Origin: a virus
Taxonomy: Duplodnaviria > Heunggongvirae > Uroviricota > Caudoviricetes
IMG/VR virus record: IMGVR_UViG_2541047728_000005
DNA length: 47,804 nucleotides
Strand: one strand, 5' to 3'
Below, in pieces: positions 28,427 through 36,442 of this stretch. The notes beneath the pieces were generated by a model that had not been told where the DNA came from, made no database searches, and saw only the letters and a list, made by a program, of their open reading frames with translations. The position numbers and the translations under genes were made by a program. The stretch's first letter is position 1. Each line of letters opens with the position of its first letter.

Positions 28427-28677
28427 TTAGAAGCCACCTTGTTCAATTTCCGGCGACAAGACACGCAATCATCAGGACTCTCAAAAGTGTCTGGCTCACG
28501 GTAATCACCAAAATACATCCAACGGCCGCAAATGCTGGTTACTTCACCTTCATTAAAATAATGATGTTTATTCGCCTTCATTGGCCTGACCCATCCGGCA
28601 TTTTTCTTGCTCACTTCAACTCCTCCCGACGACGTTCCTGAAGCTCTAGCATTGCGGCTCGGAAATCCTGCCACCAT
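28423..28677 (-). CDS. Small Zn-ribbon-like protein
   Basis: CxxC...CxxC pattern (ICGRW...CVSCRRK); true start may be internal Met at 28581. Confidence 0.35.
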   Translation of the reverse strand: MVAGFPSRNARASGTSSGGVEVSKKNAGWVRPMKANKHHYFNEGEVTSICGRWMYFGDYREPDTFESPDDCVSCRRKLNKVASK

Positions 28678-28976
28678 TCCTCATCTGCAACGGGGGTGTT
28701 CCGCTCCAGCACCTTGTCCGCATCGGCGATCAGGTTTGCCAGACTCTTGTCTGAAATCTTCGTTACCGGAGTCGTTGGTTGCTCAACCTGCCCGATAGGT
28801 TTTATCGTGCTCAAAAGGAGGCGACGGCGGGAAAGTGGTGCCCCACAACGACGGCCATCTTCCTTGCGATATGTTTCTTTCGGACCAACACACCAGGTTG
28901 TCGGCGTCTCGCGCAACTTCACTTTTTTCTCACCATCATTGGTAATGATTATTCCGGTATGTGTTTTGATGCTCAT
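28611..28976 (-). CDS. Hypothetical protein
   Basis: 121-aa ORF. Confidence 0.35.
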   Translation of the reverse strand: MSIKTHTGIIITNDGEKKVKLRETPTTWCVGPKETYRKEDGRRCGAPLSRRRLLLSTIKPIGQVEQPTTPVTKISDKSLANLIADADKVLERNTPVADEEWWQDFRAAMLELQERRREELK

Positions 28977-29275
28977 GCCACAGCCCCTCTCAACGGCTTA
29001 ACTTTGGCTAATAAGGTGTTAAACAACATGGAGTTAGGATTCATGCCAAATGGCAATTCCGGTTTAGCGGAGTAGTACAGGCAACCATTTATTTTCCTGG
29101 TTGTTATCTGTCCTTCGGCAACCATGCTTCTCAGTCTGCAACGCATAGAGTTCTGCGACACACCAATGTGCTCCGCGATTACGTCCACTTTTGAACATGG
29201 GTGATCGGTCAGGAAATTAATCACATCTTGGGGGTTAATAATTTTGCGTTTCATTGTCGAGGCGTCCTTATACAT
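28973..29275 (-). CDS. Putative winged-helix DNA-binding protein
   Basis: 100 aa; segment DVIAEHIGVSQNSMRCRLRSMVAEGQI resembles wHTH; preceded by TATA-rich array. Confidence 0.4.
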   Translation of the reverse strand: MYKDASTMKRKIINPQDVINFLTDHPCSKVDVIAEHIGVSQNSMRCRLRSMVAEGQITTRKINGCLYYSAKPELPFGMNPNSMLFNTLLAKVKPLRGAVA

Positions 29276-29301
29276 TTATATAAATATATAATTCTATATA
29301 C
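29271..29301. promoter_or_regulatory. TATA-rich palindromic repeat array
   Basis: tacatttatataaatatataattctatatac. Confidence 0.45.
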
Positions 29302-29320
29302 GGCGGGAGACATCCCGCCG
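29301..29320 (-). terminator. GC hairpin, possible terminator or protein-binding palindrome
   Basis: cggcggga-gaca-tcccgccg, 12 nt after stop of 29332..30399; weak U-tract. Confidence 0.35.
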
Positions 29321-29331
29321 TAGGCTTACTG

Positions 29332-30399
29332 TCAGGCTTTCAATAGCGATTCTTTCAGATATCGGGCATCAGCCAGGGCGTTTGGAGTAATCTTGCGAAC
29401 CCATGCATTACGGGTTGGACTCCACTTAAAGGCGCGTGATTTAAGCAGCGAACGAATGTTTGCCTCTGGTTTGCCAGGGAAATAAAACAGGATGCGGTTA
29501 TCCTCTGGATCTATCTCCATAGAAAAGCCGTCGTATTCTTCGCGCTGTGCTCCTGTTACAGACTTGACCGATTCAAGCTCCTTAATACGGCTCTGTAGTC
29601 GTTTGATTTCGGCGTTATTGTTGCTCAGTGCGTATGAAGGGAATCCGATGCGCCCACAGAAATCTCCGGCCAGTAACTCTTTGGCTTCGCTTTCTGTAAA
29701 CCTGAGATCGATTAATGCAGAAAGCTGCTGTATTTGGTCTTTTTTGTATTTGCGAATGGCCTTATTTGCGGCCTTCATTTTGACGTGTGACTTCATGCAG
29801 CCTTGCAGCTTACGAAGCAACTTAAATAGCGCATCAGGATCATCAGACGAAATTCCATTACGACCAACACCTGCGGCTTTGCTCTCGTAGTGTGATGCTT
29901 TACTTTCGCATTCAACAAACGCTTTTCTGAATAACGCATCAGCTTTAGACAAACGGCGGCGATGGCCTTTCGCGCTATAATGGTCAACTAAAATCGGCTG
30001 GCCTAACGGGATCACATCCAACAGGTCATGCGCTCGCTTATGCGCTACCGCACCTTCTTTTCTGGCTTTTTCTGCACGAGCAATATATCGGGCAAGACGC
30101 GCGTTCTGGCGTTCCTGATAGGTGTTTACGTAATCATCTCCGCGCTGCTGCTGTTCAAGCCATGCTTTGCGCAGATCTTCTGTTACATCCACCAGCTCCG
30201 CAGGGATACAACCAGTTTGGGCTTCATAAGAGTAACCATCCTCATAGATACGCCCATCGTCTTCAACAAAGAAAAAGGTTTCGTGCTCATCGCTTTTGAC
30301 CATACGACCATTAACATGGCGTAATAGGTAGCCAGTATCAGTGCTTAACAGGCTGTTAGGGTTGTTGATCCAGTCAGAAATAATTACTTGTTTATTCAT
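29332..30399 (-). CDS. Hypothetical 355-aa protein (possibly DUF3560-like), first gene behind cassette copy 2
   Basis: Track ORF starts inside conserved leader; start moved to ATG at 30399 preceded by CCGGAGAAATCTG. Confidence 0.5.
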   Translation of the reverse strand: MNKQVIISDWINNPNSLLSTDTGYLLRHVNGRMVKSDEHETFFFVEDDGRIYEDGYSYEAQTGCIPAELVDVTEDLRKAWLEQQQRGDDYVNTYQERQNARLARYIARAEKARKEGAVAHKRAHDLLDVIPLGQPILVDHYSAKGHRRRLSKADALFRKAFVECESKASHYESKAAGVGRNGISSDDPDALFKLLRKLQGCMKSHVKMKAANKAIRKYKKDQIQQLSALIDLRFTESEAKELLAGDFCGRIGFPSYALSNNNAEIKRLQSRIKELESVKSVTGAQREEYDGFSMEIDPEDNRILFYFPGKPEANIRSLLKSRAFKWSPTRNAWVRKITPNALADARYLKESLLKA

Positions 30400-30405
30400 C
30401 AGATT

Positions 30406-30520
30406 TCTCCGGTTTAACCAGGGCGGGTATCGCTCGGTTTCGGGTATAACCATAGGAAATTTTTTCCCACCTGTAAAGCACTTTTTATATAAATCTATAA
30501 TTATATATTTATAGATTTTC
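30406..30520 (-). promoter_or_regulatory. Conserved promoter-leader cassette, copy 2, immediately downstream of Q-like gene, with palindromic ATCTATAA...TTATAGAT array
   Basis: Near-identical to copies at 23458..23562 and 39875..39985. Confidence 0.6.
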
Positions 30521-30568
30521 GATGTTCCCGATGTCTACACACCATCAAAACAGCTCAAAATGACACTT

Positions 30569-30946
30569 TTACTCTCTTCGCTTTTTCAAATAGTCGACAA
30601 CATACGCCCTGGCTTTTGCCAGCTTCCGGCGATACTGTCTGAGGCTAAGAGAAAGGGCGTGGGCTTTATCAATATGCGGTGCATTTATGTCGAGGCCCCG
30701 AATCTCCCACGCCCCGTATTCAATTCGGACAACCAGCGCCGCAGTCTCATCAACTACCGTGAGGGCCGTCACCGCTCCCTCTATACTGGTTTCCAGTGAG
30801 TCATTTGGTGCGCCGCCCCCTCCGGTAAACTGGCAGCGCGTAACCATCATCATTTCTAACATCGACGCGAAACCGCTACGGGCGTTGCAGCCATTGCGCA
30901 CCCACAGCGCCCATAGCTCAAACAAGCTATCCAGATCGCGTCTCAC
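30569..30946 (-). CDS. Putative antitermination protein Q-like
   Basis: 125 aa; N-terminal MRRDLDSLFELWALWVRNG...SGF pattern reminiscent of 21/82-type Q; position after nin-like genes. Confidence 0.45.
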   Translation of the reverse strand: MRRDLDSLFELWALWVRNGCNARSGFASMLEMMMVTRCQFTGGGGAPNDSLETSIEGAVTALTVVDETAALVVRIEYGAWEIRGLDINAPHIDKAHALSLSLRQYRRKLAKARAYVVDYLKKRRE

Positions 30947-30949
30947 TGT

Positions 30950-31282
30950 TCAGATCTCCCGTATCGTGACGGGATAAAGCGCCTCTACCTGCTTTTTCTT
31001 CATGATGTAGACGTCTGTTCGCACACCTTTAGTGTCGACACAATCAATCGTCCCATCGTCATAAAACACCATGAAATCAAGTTTATAAACGACACCACCT
31101 GGCAGATGAAAAGGCACCTGCATAAGAAACGTCACAACGCGGCCAGCTTTTCTCAGTAGCTTCAGTTCGCAGTAGTAATCAGCCTCTTTTTTGCTATCAA
31201 AAGCGATATCATCGACAACCGTTTTTTTATTGCCGTATTTGCTTTTCCTTGTCGCTGGTTTGCGAAAGCCGGTATATCTCAT
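30950..31282 (-). CDS. DUF1064-like phage protein
   Basis: 110 aa with GNKKT...FDSKKEADYY...VDTKG pattern. Confidence 0.5.
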   Translation of the reverse strand: MRYTGFRKPATRKSKYGNKKTVVDDIAFDSKKEADYYCELKLLRKAGRVVTFLMQVPFHLPGGVVYKLDFMVFYDDGTIDCVDTKGVRTDVYIMKKKQVEALYPVTIREI

Positions 31283-31683
31283 TTGGTATCCCCTGGTACT
31301 TCACCAAGACTAAGATCAAACCCAATTTCGTCTTTAACTGACTGCGGCAACAGCTCCCACGTCTGCGCACACAAAAATTCATCTGTGCCATAACGCTCAA
31401 CAAAGCGAGCACAATTACTCAGGGGAGGGTGACGAACGGCAATATGCGGAGGCACACGCCCACCACCAGGCACAACACCGCGATGATGTGGTGCGCACAA
31501 CCCAAAGCTATGGAAGTGGCAATTCTCATCAACGCTGCCGTAATCAGGATCGTGATGTAGCTCCGTCCACAGCTCTGGATTCTCAATTTCACGGCCATCA
31601 ATAATGCAAGCTATGCAACCCACGTGAGTGAGCACCGCTTGTATATAAAGTTTCTCTTTCTTCGTTGGTGTACGTCCGTTCAT
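31279..31683 (-). CDS. Zinc-binding nin-region protein (HNH/Ref-like or YbcO-like)
   Basis: 134 aa with HVGCIACIIDG...HH...HFHSFGLCAPHH Cys/His clusters. Confidence 0.4.
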   Translation of the reverse strand: MNGRTPTKKEKLYIQAVLTHVGCIACIIDGREIENPELWTELHHDPDYGSVDENCHFHSFGLCAPHHRGVVPGGGRVPPHIAVRHPPLSNCARFVERYGTDEFLCAQTWELLPQSVKDEIGFDLSLGEVPGDTK

Positions 31684-31916
31684 CAGCGCCCCTTACCATT
31701 GATAAAGAGGTTGAACTCGTTGATTAACTGGACATACATGCTTCTGGCCGCGTAGTTCTTTGCCAGCTCTTTACGGGATGAGATCCCGCAAAACTCACGC
31801 AGAATCACAGAGGCCTCAGAACTGTTTGAAACGTTCTTCCCTGTTTTACTGACCAGAAAGCGCCAGAATTGGGGATTCTGGCAATGCATCGCAGCACCGC
31901 GAACATAACTACTCAT
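31683..31916 (-). CDS. Hypothetical protein
   Basis: 77-aa ORF in early-right-like operon. Confidence 0.35.
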   Translation of the reverse strand: MSSYVRGAAMHCQNPQFWRFLVSKTGKNVSNSSEASVILREFCGISSRKELAKNYAARSMYVQLINEFNLFINGKGR

Positions 31917-32428
31917 TGATGGCCCCCGTCATTTCTGGTGCTTTTCACCGTGCGGCTTCTTAAAAACCTGCCATCACGAACAACAGACACTTCTCGTTTA
32001 CCCAACCTCATTTCACGGCGGTAACATTCAGAAAATGCCTCGTCCGGCATCATATAAATGCGACGCTTCGCCTCCGTATCCAGAAGGGAACGGCTTGGGG
32101 TTACATATAAGAACGACTCATCAATAGGGACAAAACCACGAGCAAGAATTGCTGGCAGAATACCAGGAAGAACGCAGAAAACAGCTCCACGATGCAGCAA
32201 CATCTGGTACTCCATGACCTCCGTAATCCCCGTAACGACTGTTACGGTGTCACGTCTGTTACGGCTGGCAACCAGTCGCTGCACACCTCCAATTTTCTGC
32301 TCTACAGATAGACGTTTGCTATCGTTATCAATATGATCGATAACAAATCCTTTAATCGTTTGATCAAGGTAGTGCACCACCTGCGATTGAATCTGGTGAT
32401 TATCACCAAAGAAGGCCAGAATCATCAT
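31913..32428 (-). CDS. Hypothetical protein
   Basis: 171-aa ORF translationally coupled to neighbours. Confidence 0.4.
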   Translation of the reverse strand: MMILAFFGDNHQIQSQVVHYLDQTIKGFVIDHIDNDSKRLSVEQKIGGVQRLVASRNRRDTVTVVTGITEVMEYQMLLHRGAVFCVLPGILPAILARGFVPIDESFLYVTPSRSLLDTEAKRRIYMMPDEAFSECYRREMRLGKREVSVVRDGRFLRSRTVKSTRNDGGHQ

Positions 32429-32919
32429 TCCTCAAGCCTCCCAAGTGCTGAACGCCGGGCGTTGCTAATCTCCTTATGAATCAGCTCGATATCGCTGGAA
32501 TCTTTATTCTTAAGCTCCAGCACGGTAATCGCATCACGAACCTCTGAAACGGTTACATGTGAGTGTTTCCAGCGAGCAATGAATCGCGGACCGCGTAGAT
32601 TGCAACGCTCCGCAGGCATCCCCAGCTCAGAGAAAACCGCTTTCAGCCTTGATAAGCAGTTAACAGGGAGATTCCCTTTGATCTTGTTCTGCCGAACCGA
32701 TGTGCCATCGCTACGCTGGCGCTGACGTTCGGCAAAATCTGCCGCCCATTGCTGGACGTTAATCCGGCCTTCCGAATACGCCACCAGCAGCGTCAGGTTA
32801 TCCGCACGAGGGAATCTCTCGAAGCGATACCAGGCACCAATCAGTGATGACGTAAAGCCAAACTTTCTGGCAACACCAATTTGGCCTCCATTTTCGTCAA
32901 CCCACTCCTGAAAGGTCAT
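32425..32919 (-). CDS. Putative Cro/CII-like early regulator (HTH), divergent from repressor gene
   Basis: 164-aa ORF with GGAG RBS; first gene of minus-strand operon leaving the operator region. Confidence 0.4.
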   Translation of the reverse strand: MTFQEWVDENGGQIGVARKFGFTSSLIGAWYRFERFPRADNLTLLVAYSEGRINVQQWAADFAERQRQRSDGTSVRQNKIKGNLPVNCLSRLKAVFSELGMPAERCNLRGPRFIARWKHSHVTVSEVRDAITVLELKNKDSSDIELIHKEISNARRSALGRLEE

Positions 32920-32938
32920 TTAACGAACTCCAGTTAAA

Positions 32939-33056
32939 ACCACGATATGTGGTATTAAAACCACATATCGTGAGTTTTTCAATGGGCGAAACAAAAAATA
33001 ACCTTCTATTTGTGGTCCACCTCTCGTCTTACCATGTGAAAACCACTAAATGTGGT
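32939..33056. promoter_or_regulatory. Divergent operator/promoter region with three ACCAC-N5-GTGGT operators (32939..32953, 32960..32974, 33042..33056)
   Basis: accacgatatgtggt, accacatatcgtgag, accactaaatgtggt between divergent repressor and cro-like genes; minus-strand TTGAAA-N17-TTTAAT overlaps O2. Confidence 0.65.
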
Positions 33057-33093
33057 AATGTATAAATAACCCACCATTCACGATTGATGAGAC

Positions 33094-33750
33094 ATGAAAA
33101 GCAACGACGAGAACATCAAGAAAGAAATAGGTCTGCGCATTCAGACTCTACGGAAACAATCCGGCATGACTGCCGGAGATCTCCAGCAAGTCACTGGAAT
33201 AGGCTTAAGCACCTTGCAGAACTATGAGGCCGGATTAAGACAACCATCTATACCTGCCATCAAGAAAATCGCGCACGCCCTGAAAGCATCAGCGCCTTAT
33301 ATCGCGTGCTTAACAGATAACCCGTTCCCACCCCAGAATACTAACGCTCCTGTTATTCCTGGGCTTGTAGCTATAAAAAATGACATAGCATCGCACGCCG
33401 GAGAAAAGCCAGTGCTGGCGATAGAACAGGAGATTCTACGAAGCAAGAACATCAACCCATCGTCTCTGTCAGTTCTCCAGAGCAACGATGAGTTAATGTC
33501 ACCAACAATATCCCCAGGCTCCCAAGTCCTGATTAATACAGACGATACAGAGATTCATGAGGGGATCTATGCCCTTGAAGACAGAAATGGCCTGGTTGTT
33601 TTGAGGCACTGTAGAGTCATACCGGGTGACAATGCTGTTATGCTGTCAACCGAAAGGGATGCTGAAATGAACACTAAGCATCTGAATAACGAGGAATTTA
33701 AGCGTTATAAAGTTCTTGGCCGCGTAGTTAGTGTTGTCAACTGGTTATGA
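33094..33750 (+). CDS. cI/LexA-like repressor (HTH_XRE plus S24-like C-terminal domain)
   Basis: 218 aa; N-terminal HTH (TAGDLQQVTGIGLSTLQNYEAG); C-terminal MSPTISPGSQVLINTDD...KVLGRVVSVVNWL resembles lambda cI/LexA C-domain. Confidence 0.8.
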   Translation: MKSNDENIKKEIGLRIQTLRKQSGMTAGDLQQVTGIGLSTLQNYEAGLRQPSIPAIKKIAHALKASAPYIACLTDNPFPPQNTNAPVIPGLVAIKNDIASHAGEKPVLAIEQEILRSKNINPSSLSVLQSNDELMSPTISPGSQVLINTDDTEIHEGIYALEDRNGLVVLRHCRVIPGDNAVMLSTERDAEMNTKHLNNEEFKRYKVLGRVVSVVNWL

Positions 33751-33792
33751 TACACAGCACGGCGAAAGCCGTGCATTTCTACGCTCAAAAAA

Positions 33793-33807
33793 ACCACATT
33801 TTGTGGT
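33793..33807. promoter_or_regulatory. Fourth operator ACCAC-ATTTT-GTGGT downstream of repressor gene
   Basis: accacattttgtggt, perfect palindrome adjacent to TTGACA. Confidence 0.55.
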
Positions 33808-33842
33808 TTTGACAACATGTAAAAGTATAAAAGAGGCTACGC

Positions 33843-34217
33843 ATGGAATTACATACAGCCAATAAAAACGAAACTCTGATCACTGCTGGAATCGAAATCC
33901 AAGCGTTGAACATAGCGATTGAGTGTATGTTATGCCAAATCATTGATAATGAGAAAGATATCGACTGGATAGAATCTATCCTTCATCTGGCATCAGAACA
34001 AAAAGTCTGCCTCAAAACGGCCTTACAATACGATGTGCCAGCGATATCGAAGCTGTGCCAGCCATTGATGGCATATAACAGGGCTATTATTTCTGTATGC
34101 CTCATGATTCTTGATGAAAACACCCCTCTTAGCGACCGCTCAGAAGCTGCTCTCACCCTCTCACGTAAACAGCGACAGCTAGCAAATCAACTGATATCAA
34201 CGATAGCTGACCTCTGA
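33843..34217 (+). CDS. Hypothetical protein downstream of repressor
   Basis: 124-aa ORF. Confidence 0.4.
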   Translation: MELHTANKNETLITAGIEIQALNIAIECMLCQIIDNEKDIDWIESILHLASEQKVCLKTALQYDVPAISKLCQPLMAYNRAIISVCLMILDENTPLSDRSEAALTLSRKQRQLANQLISTIADL

Positions 34218-34221
34218 CTGA

Positions 34222-34241
34222 AAGCGGGCTAACGCCCGCTT
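34222..34241 (+). terminator. Hairpin after 33843..34217, possible terminator
   Basis: aagcgggc-taac-gcccgctt. Confidence 0.4.
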
Positions 34242-34245
34242 ACAT

Positions 34246-34346
34246 GATTATAGATTTATATAATTATATAAAACGCTTTTCATCCGCCAAAAAGTTGGTT
34301 ATGCTTACCTCGTTCTATAAATATAGATTTATAGAATTATATAACC
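34246..34346. repeat. Two TATA-rich palindromic repeat arrays upstream of parA (candidate centromere/operator)
   Basis: gattatagatttatataattatataaaacgc and ctataaatatagatttatagaattatataacc; related arrays at seven other loci. Confidence 0.55.
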
Positions 34347-34367
34347 AAACACATGGAGTCTCGACAA

Positions 34368-35021
34368 ATGACTATCTCTGTAGGTATTTTCAACGGAAAA
34401 GGCGGCGTAACCAAATCAACAATTGCCCGTGCTTTAGCAGTTGCTTATGCAAAGGCCGGCTGGAATGTATGCCTGATCGATATGGATGTGCTTAACGGAA
34501 CGGTAACGCGTTGGGTACAACGCAGAATGGCCAACAATATCGAACCTGCAATCGCGGCGCAGCCGTGCGGCACGCCATCACAAGTCCAGAAAATCATCGA
34601 ATCAGAAGTATACGACCTGGTTATCGTCGATGGCGGTGCCTACGCATCTGAATCAGTACCGAAGCTCTCTGAATTTCTGGATATGGTTATTTTGCCAACC
34701 AGATTCTCTACCGATGACCTAGAAACCACCGTTAACACAGCTCACGGCATCGTTAAAAAGGGTGTGCCAATCAAGAAAATTTGCATGGTGTTCTCAGGCG
34801 CGGCTGAAAACGAAGCCGACTACATTGAAGCCCAAGAGTACCTAGCTAATACGCCATACTTTGTTGTCGATAAGTACATTCCCCACAAGCCAGCTCTGAG
34901 CAAAGCTCAGGATAAGGGCTTAAGCCTCATTGAATGCTCATACGTTGCGCCACGCAAAAAGGCAGACGACGTTATTCAGGGGATTATCAACCAGCTTGAG
35001 GCTCTGACTACTGCCGCGTAA
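34368..35021 (+). CDS. parA: ParA-family partition ATPase (small, type Ib-like)
   Basis: Deviant Walker A GKGGVTKST; ~217 aa from GGAG RBS-supported ATG at 34368. Confidence 0.85.
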   Translation: MTISVGIFNGKGGVTKSTIARALAVAYAKAGWNVCLIDMDVLNGTVTRWVQRRMANNIEPAIAAQPCGTPSQVQKIIESEVYDLVIVDGGAYASESVPKLSEFLDMVILPTRFSTDDLETTVNTAHGIVKKGVPIKKICMVFSGAAENEADYIEAQEYLANTPYFVVDKYIPHKPALSKAQDKGLSLIECSYVAPRKKADDVIQGIINQLEALTTAA

Positions 35022-35056
35022 TATATAATTATAGTTTTATAGATTTATATAAGAGG
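35021..35056. promoter_or_regulatory. TATA-rich palindromic repeat array between parA and RHH gene
   Basis: atatataattatagttttatagatttatataagagg. Confidence 0.45.
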
Positions 35057-35064
35057 GGATACAC

Positions 35065-35313
35065 ATGGCCGGACCATCAAAACCACCAAAGAAGAACAGC
35101 AAAGGCGTACCGCCATCGATCGAACAACCGCAGGTTTTCGACCCGACTGAAACGCCAACCAGAACCAAATCAGGTGGGGCACAAATGGCGTTTAACGTCG
35201 ACCCTGAATTTAAACGCGAGTACAAAACGTTCGCCAGCTCAATGGATATGTCATTGAAAGAAGTGCTGACAAAATCTTTTGAGTTACTCAAGGCTCAATA
35301 CAACCAGAAGTAA
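35065..35313 (+). CDS. Ribbon-helix-helix centromere-binding protein (ParG-like)
   Basis: 82 aa; flexible basic N-tail then AFNVDPEFKREYKTFASSMDMSLKEVLTKSFELL RHH-like fold; AGAGGGG RBS. Confidence 0.55.
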   Translation: MAGPSKPPKKNSKGVPPSIEQPQVFDPTETPTRTKSGGAQMAFNVDPEFKREYKTFASSMDMSLKEVLTKSFELLKAQYNQK

Positions 35314-35342
35314 GAGAAGGTGACGGCCTCCAGCGCCAACTG

Positions 35343-35525
35343 TTGGCCGTCGCGACACAACAAGGGGAATTTGTTATGTCCGAGCAACAATATACACGGT
35401 TACTGAAAACTCGTCTAACCGACCTCAAACGGCTGAAAGCTGGTCGCTTATTTGCCCTGCTATCCACCAGGCCAGAATGGGTACGTGAAGCAGTTCTGAA
35501 AGGCTTAATGCGCTCCAGCGTTTAA
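35343..35525 (+). CDS. Small hypothetical protein
   Basis: 60-aa ORF after parG-like gene. Confidence 0.3.
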   Translation: MAVATQQGEFVMSEQQYTRLLKTRLTDLKRLKAGRLFALLSTRPEWVREAVLKGLMRSSV

Positions 35526-35534
35526 ATTCAACCA

Positions 35535-35557
35535 TAAAAAAGGCCCCCGAAGGGGCC
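35535..35557 (-). terminator. Rho-independent terminator oriented for minus-strand transcripts
   Basis: Minus strand GGCCCC-ttc-GGGGGCC followed by TTTTTTT; 7 nt after stop of small ORF 35564..35686. Confidence 0.65.
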
Positions 35558-35563
35558 TAATCG

Positions 35564-35686
35564 CTACTTGCTGCTAATGTTTATCGTCACATTCAGAGCG
35601 TTATCAGTAATCTTCCAACCCTCCCCATGTGGCGTAAACAAAGCCCCAGTAACAACGATAAAAATACACATACAGTATTTTTTCAT
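35564..35686 (-). CDS. Small hydrophobic peptide (40 aa), candidate type I toxin-like or small membrane protein
   Basis: MKKYCMCIFIVVTGALFTPHGEGWKITDNALNVTINISSK; AAGGG RBS 7 nt upstream; strong terminator immediately downstream. Confidence 0.45.
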   Translation of the reverse strand: MKKYCMCIFIVVTGALFTPHGEGWKITDNALNVTINISSK

Positions 35687-35917
35687 TGTATGGCCCTTAC
35701 AGGCCGTTTCACGGCATCCCCACCGACGAAAACAACGCGAGAGCAAGCACGGCTGCTTGTGCTTGCATGTACGGCAACGGAGAATCCTCCCCTAAAGTCG
35801 GTGCCCGGGTGCGAATCGGCGGGAAGGTCCACAGGTATTTTACGATTATTTTAAGATTAGTAATAGGAAAGAAATTAAACGAAAAAACTCGTTTATTTTC
35901 ACAAAATCAGTAACCTA

Positions 35918-35932
35918 CCCACAATCTGTGAG
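35918..35932. promoter_or_regulatory. Operator-like site related to O2
   Basis: cccacaatctgtgag vs O2 accacatatcgtgag. Confidence 0.35.
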
Positions 35933-36004
35933 TTTGCAGGCACAACAAGAACCACAATTTTTTGAAGCATAATAGTGGACTATTATTACCTTTTGGGTAA
36001 AATT

Positions 36005-36111
36005 AACTTGCTGCTTGTGCTTGCGTGGTTGTTTATACAACGACGTTATGCTGAAAGGACCGCGAATCCGATCAGCACGAAAGAACCGTCCTCAATAGGG
36101 CGGTTTTTTTG
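36005..36111 (+). ncRNA. Candidate small RNA ending at intrinsic terminator; carries 15-nt repeat complementary to the opposite-strand transcript region at 35753..35767
   Basis: TAAAAT -10-like at 35998..36003; gctgcttgtgcttgc at 36010..36024 repeated at 35753..35767; hairpin CCGTCC-ucaaua-GGGCGG plus T7 at 36084..36111. Confidence 0.35.
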
Positions 36112-36179
36112 TTTCTGCCTACCAATAAACCCACGCTATGTGGTTGTCTCTGTTAAAATCCCGCCGTATTGACATGAAT

Positions 36180-36279
36180 GCGCCATTGGTGGACACTTTC
36201 CGAGCCGTAGCAAAATCTACGGTCGGGATTGGAACCCCGATAATCATCATGGCGCATACCGCGTTAGCGGTTTTTTTAT
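36180..36279 (+). ncRNA. Structured RNA segment ending at intrinsic terminator in antirepressor operon leader
   Basis: Hairpins CCGTAG-caaaat-CTACGG, CGGG-attggaa-CCCG, terminator ACCGC-gtta-GCGGT plus TTTTTTT at 36259..36279. Confidence 0.35.
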
Positions 36280-36442
36280 GCGTAAAGCACTGCTACACCC
36301 AAATTATGGTGGGGCGTGCGGGGGAGTCGTAAGACTCGCCGGATTCCATGGTGACCGGTAGTTCCAACCCTGTACGTCTCACCACCCAATGATTGGAACC
36401 AGACGGTGGTGAGTATCCTTAACCTTTAAGGGAACTATCACC

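Noticed and set aside
29332-30399. Integrase or protelomerase among the large unassigned ORFs (this 355-aa ORF and others)
   Set aside because: None shows a tyrosine-recombinase-like C-terminal R..H..R..Y pattern or protelomerase size or sequence; by-eye only, so a divergent recombinase cannot be fully excluded.
30400-30453. N-terminal 18 codons of track ORF 29332..30453
   Set aside because: These codons are the conserved promoter-leader cassette, identical in non-coding context at two other loci; the start was moved to the ATG at 30399.
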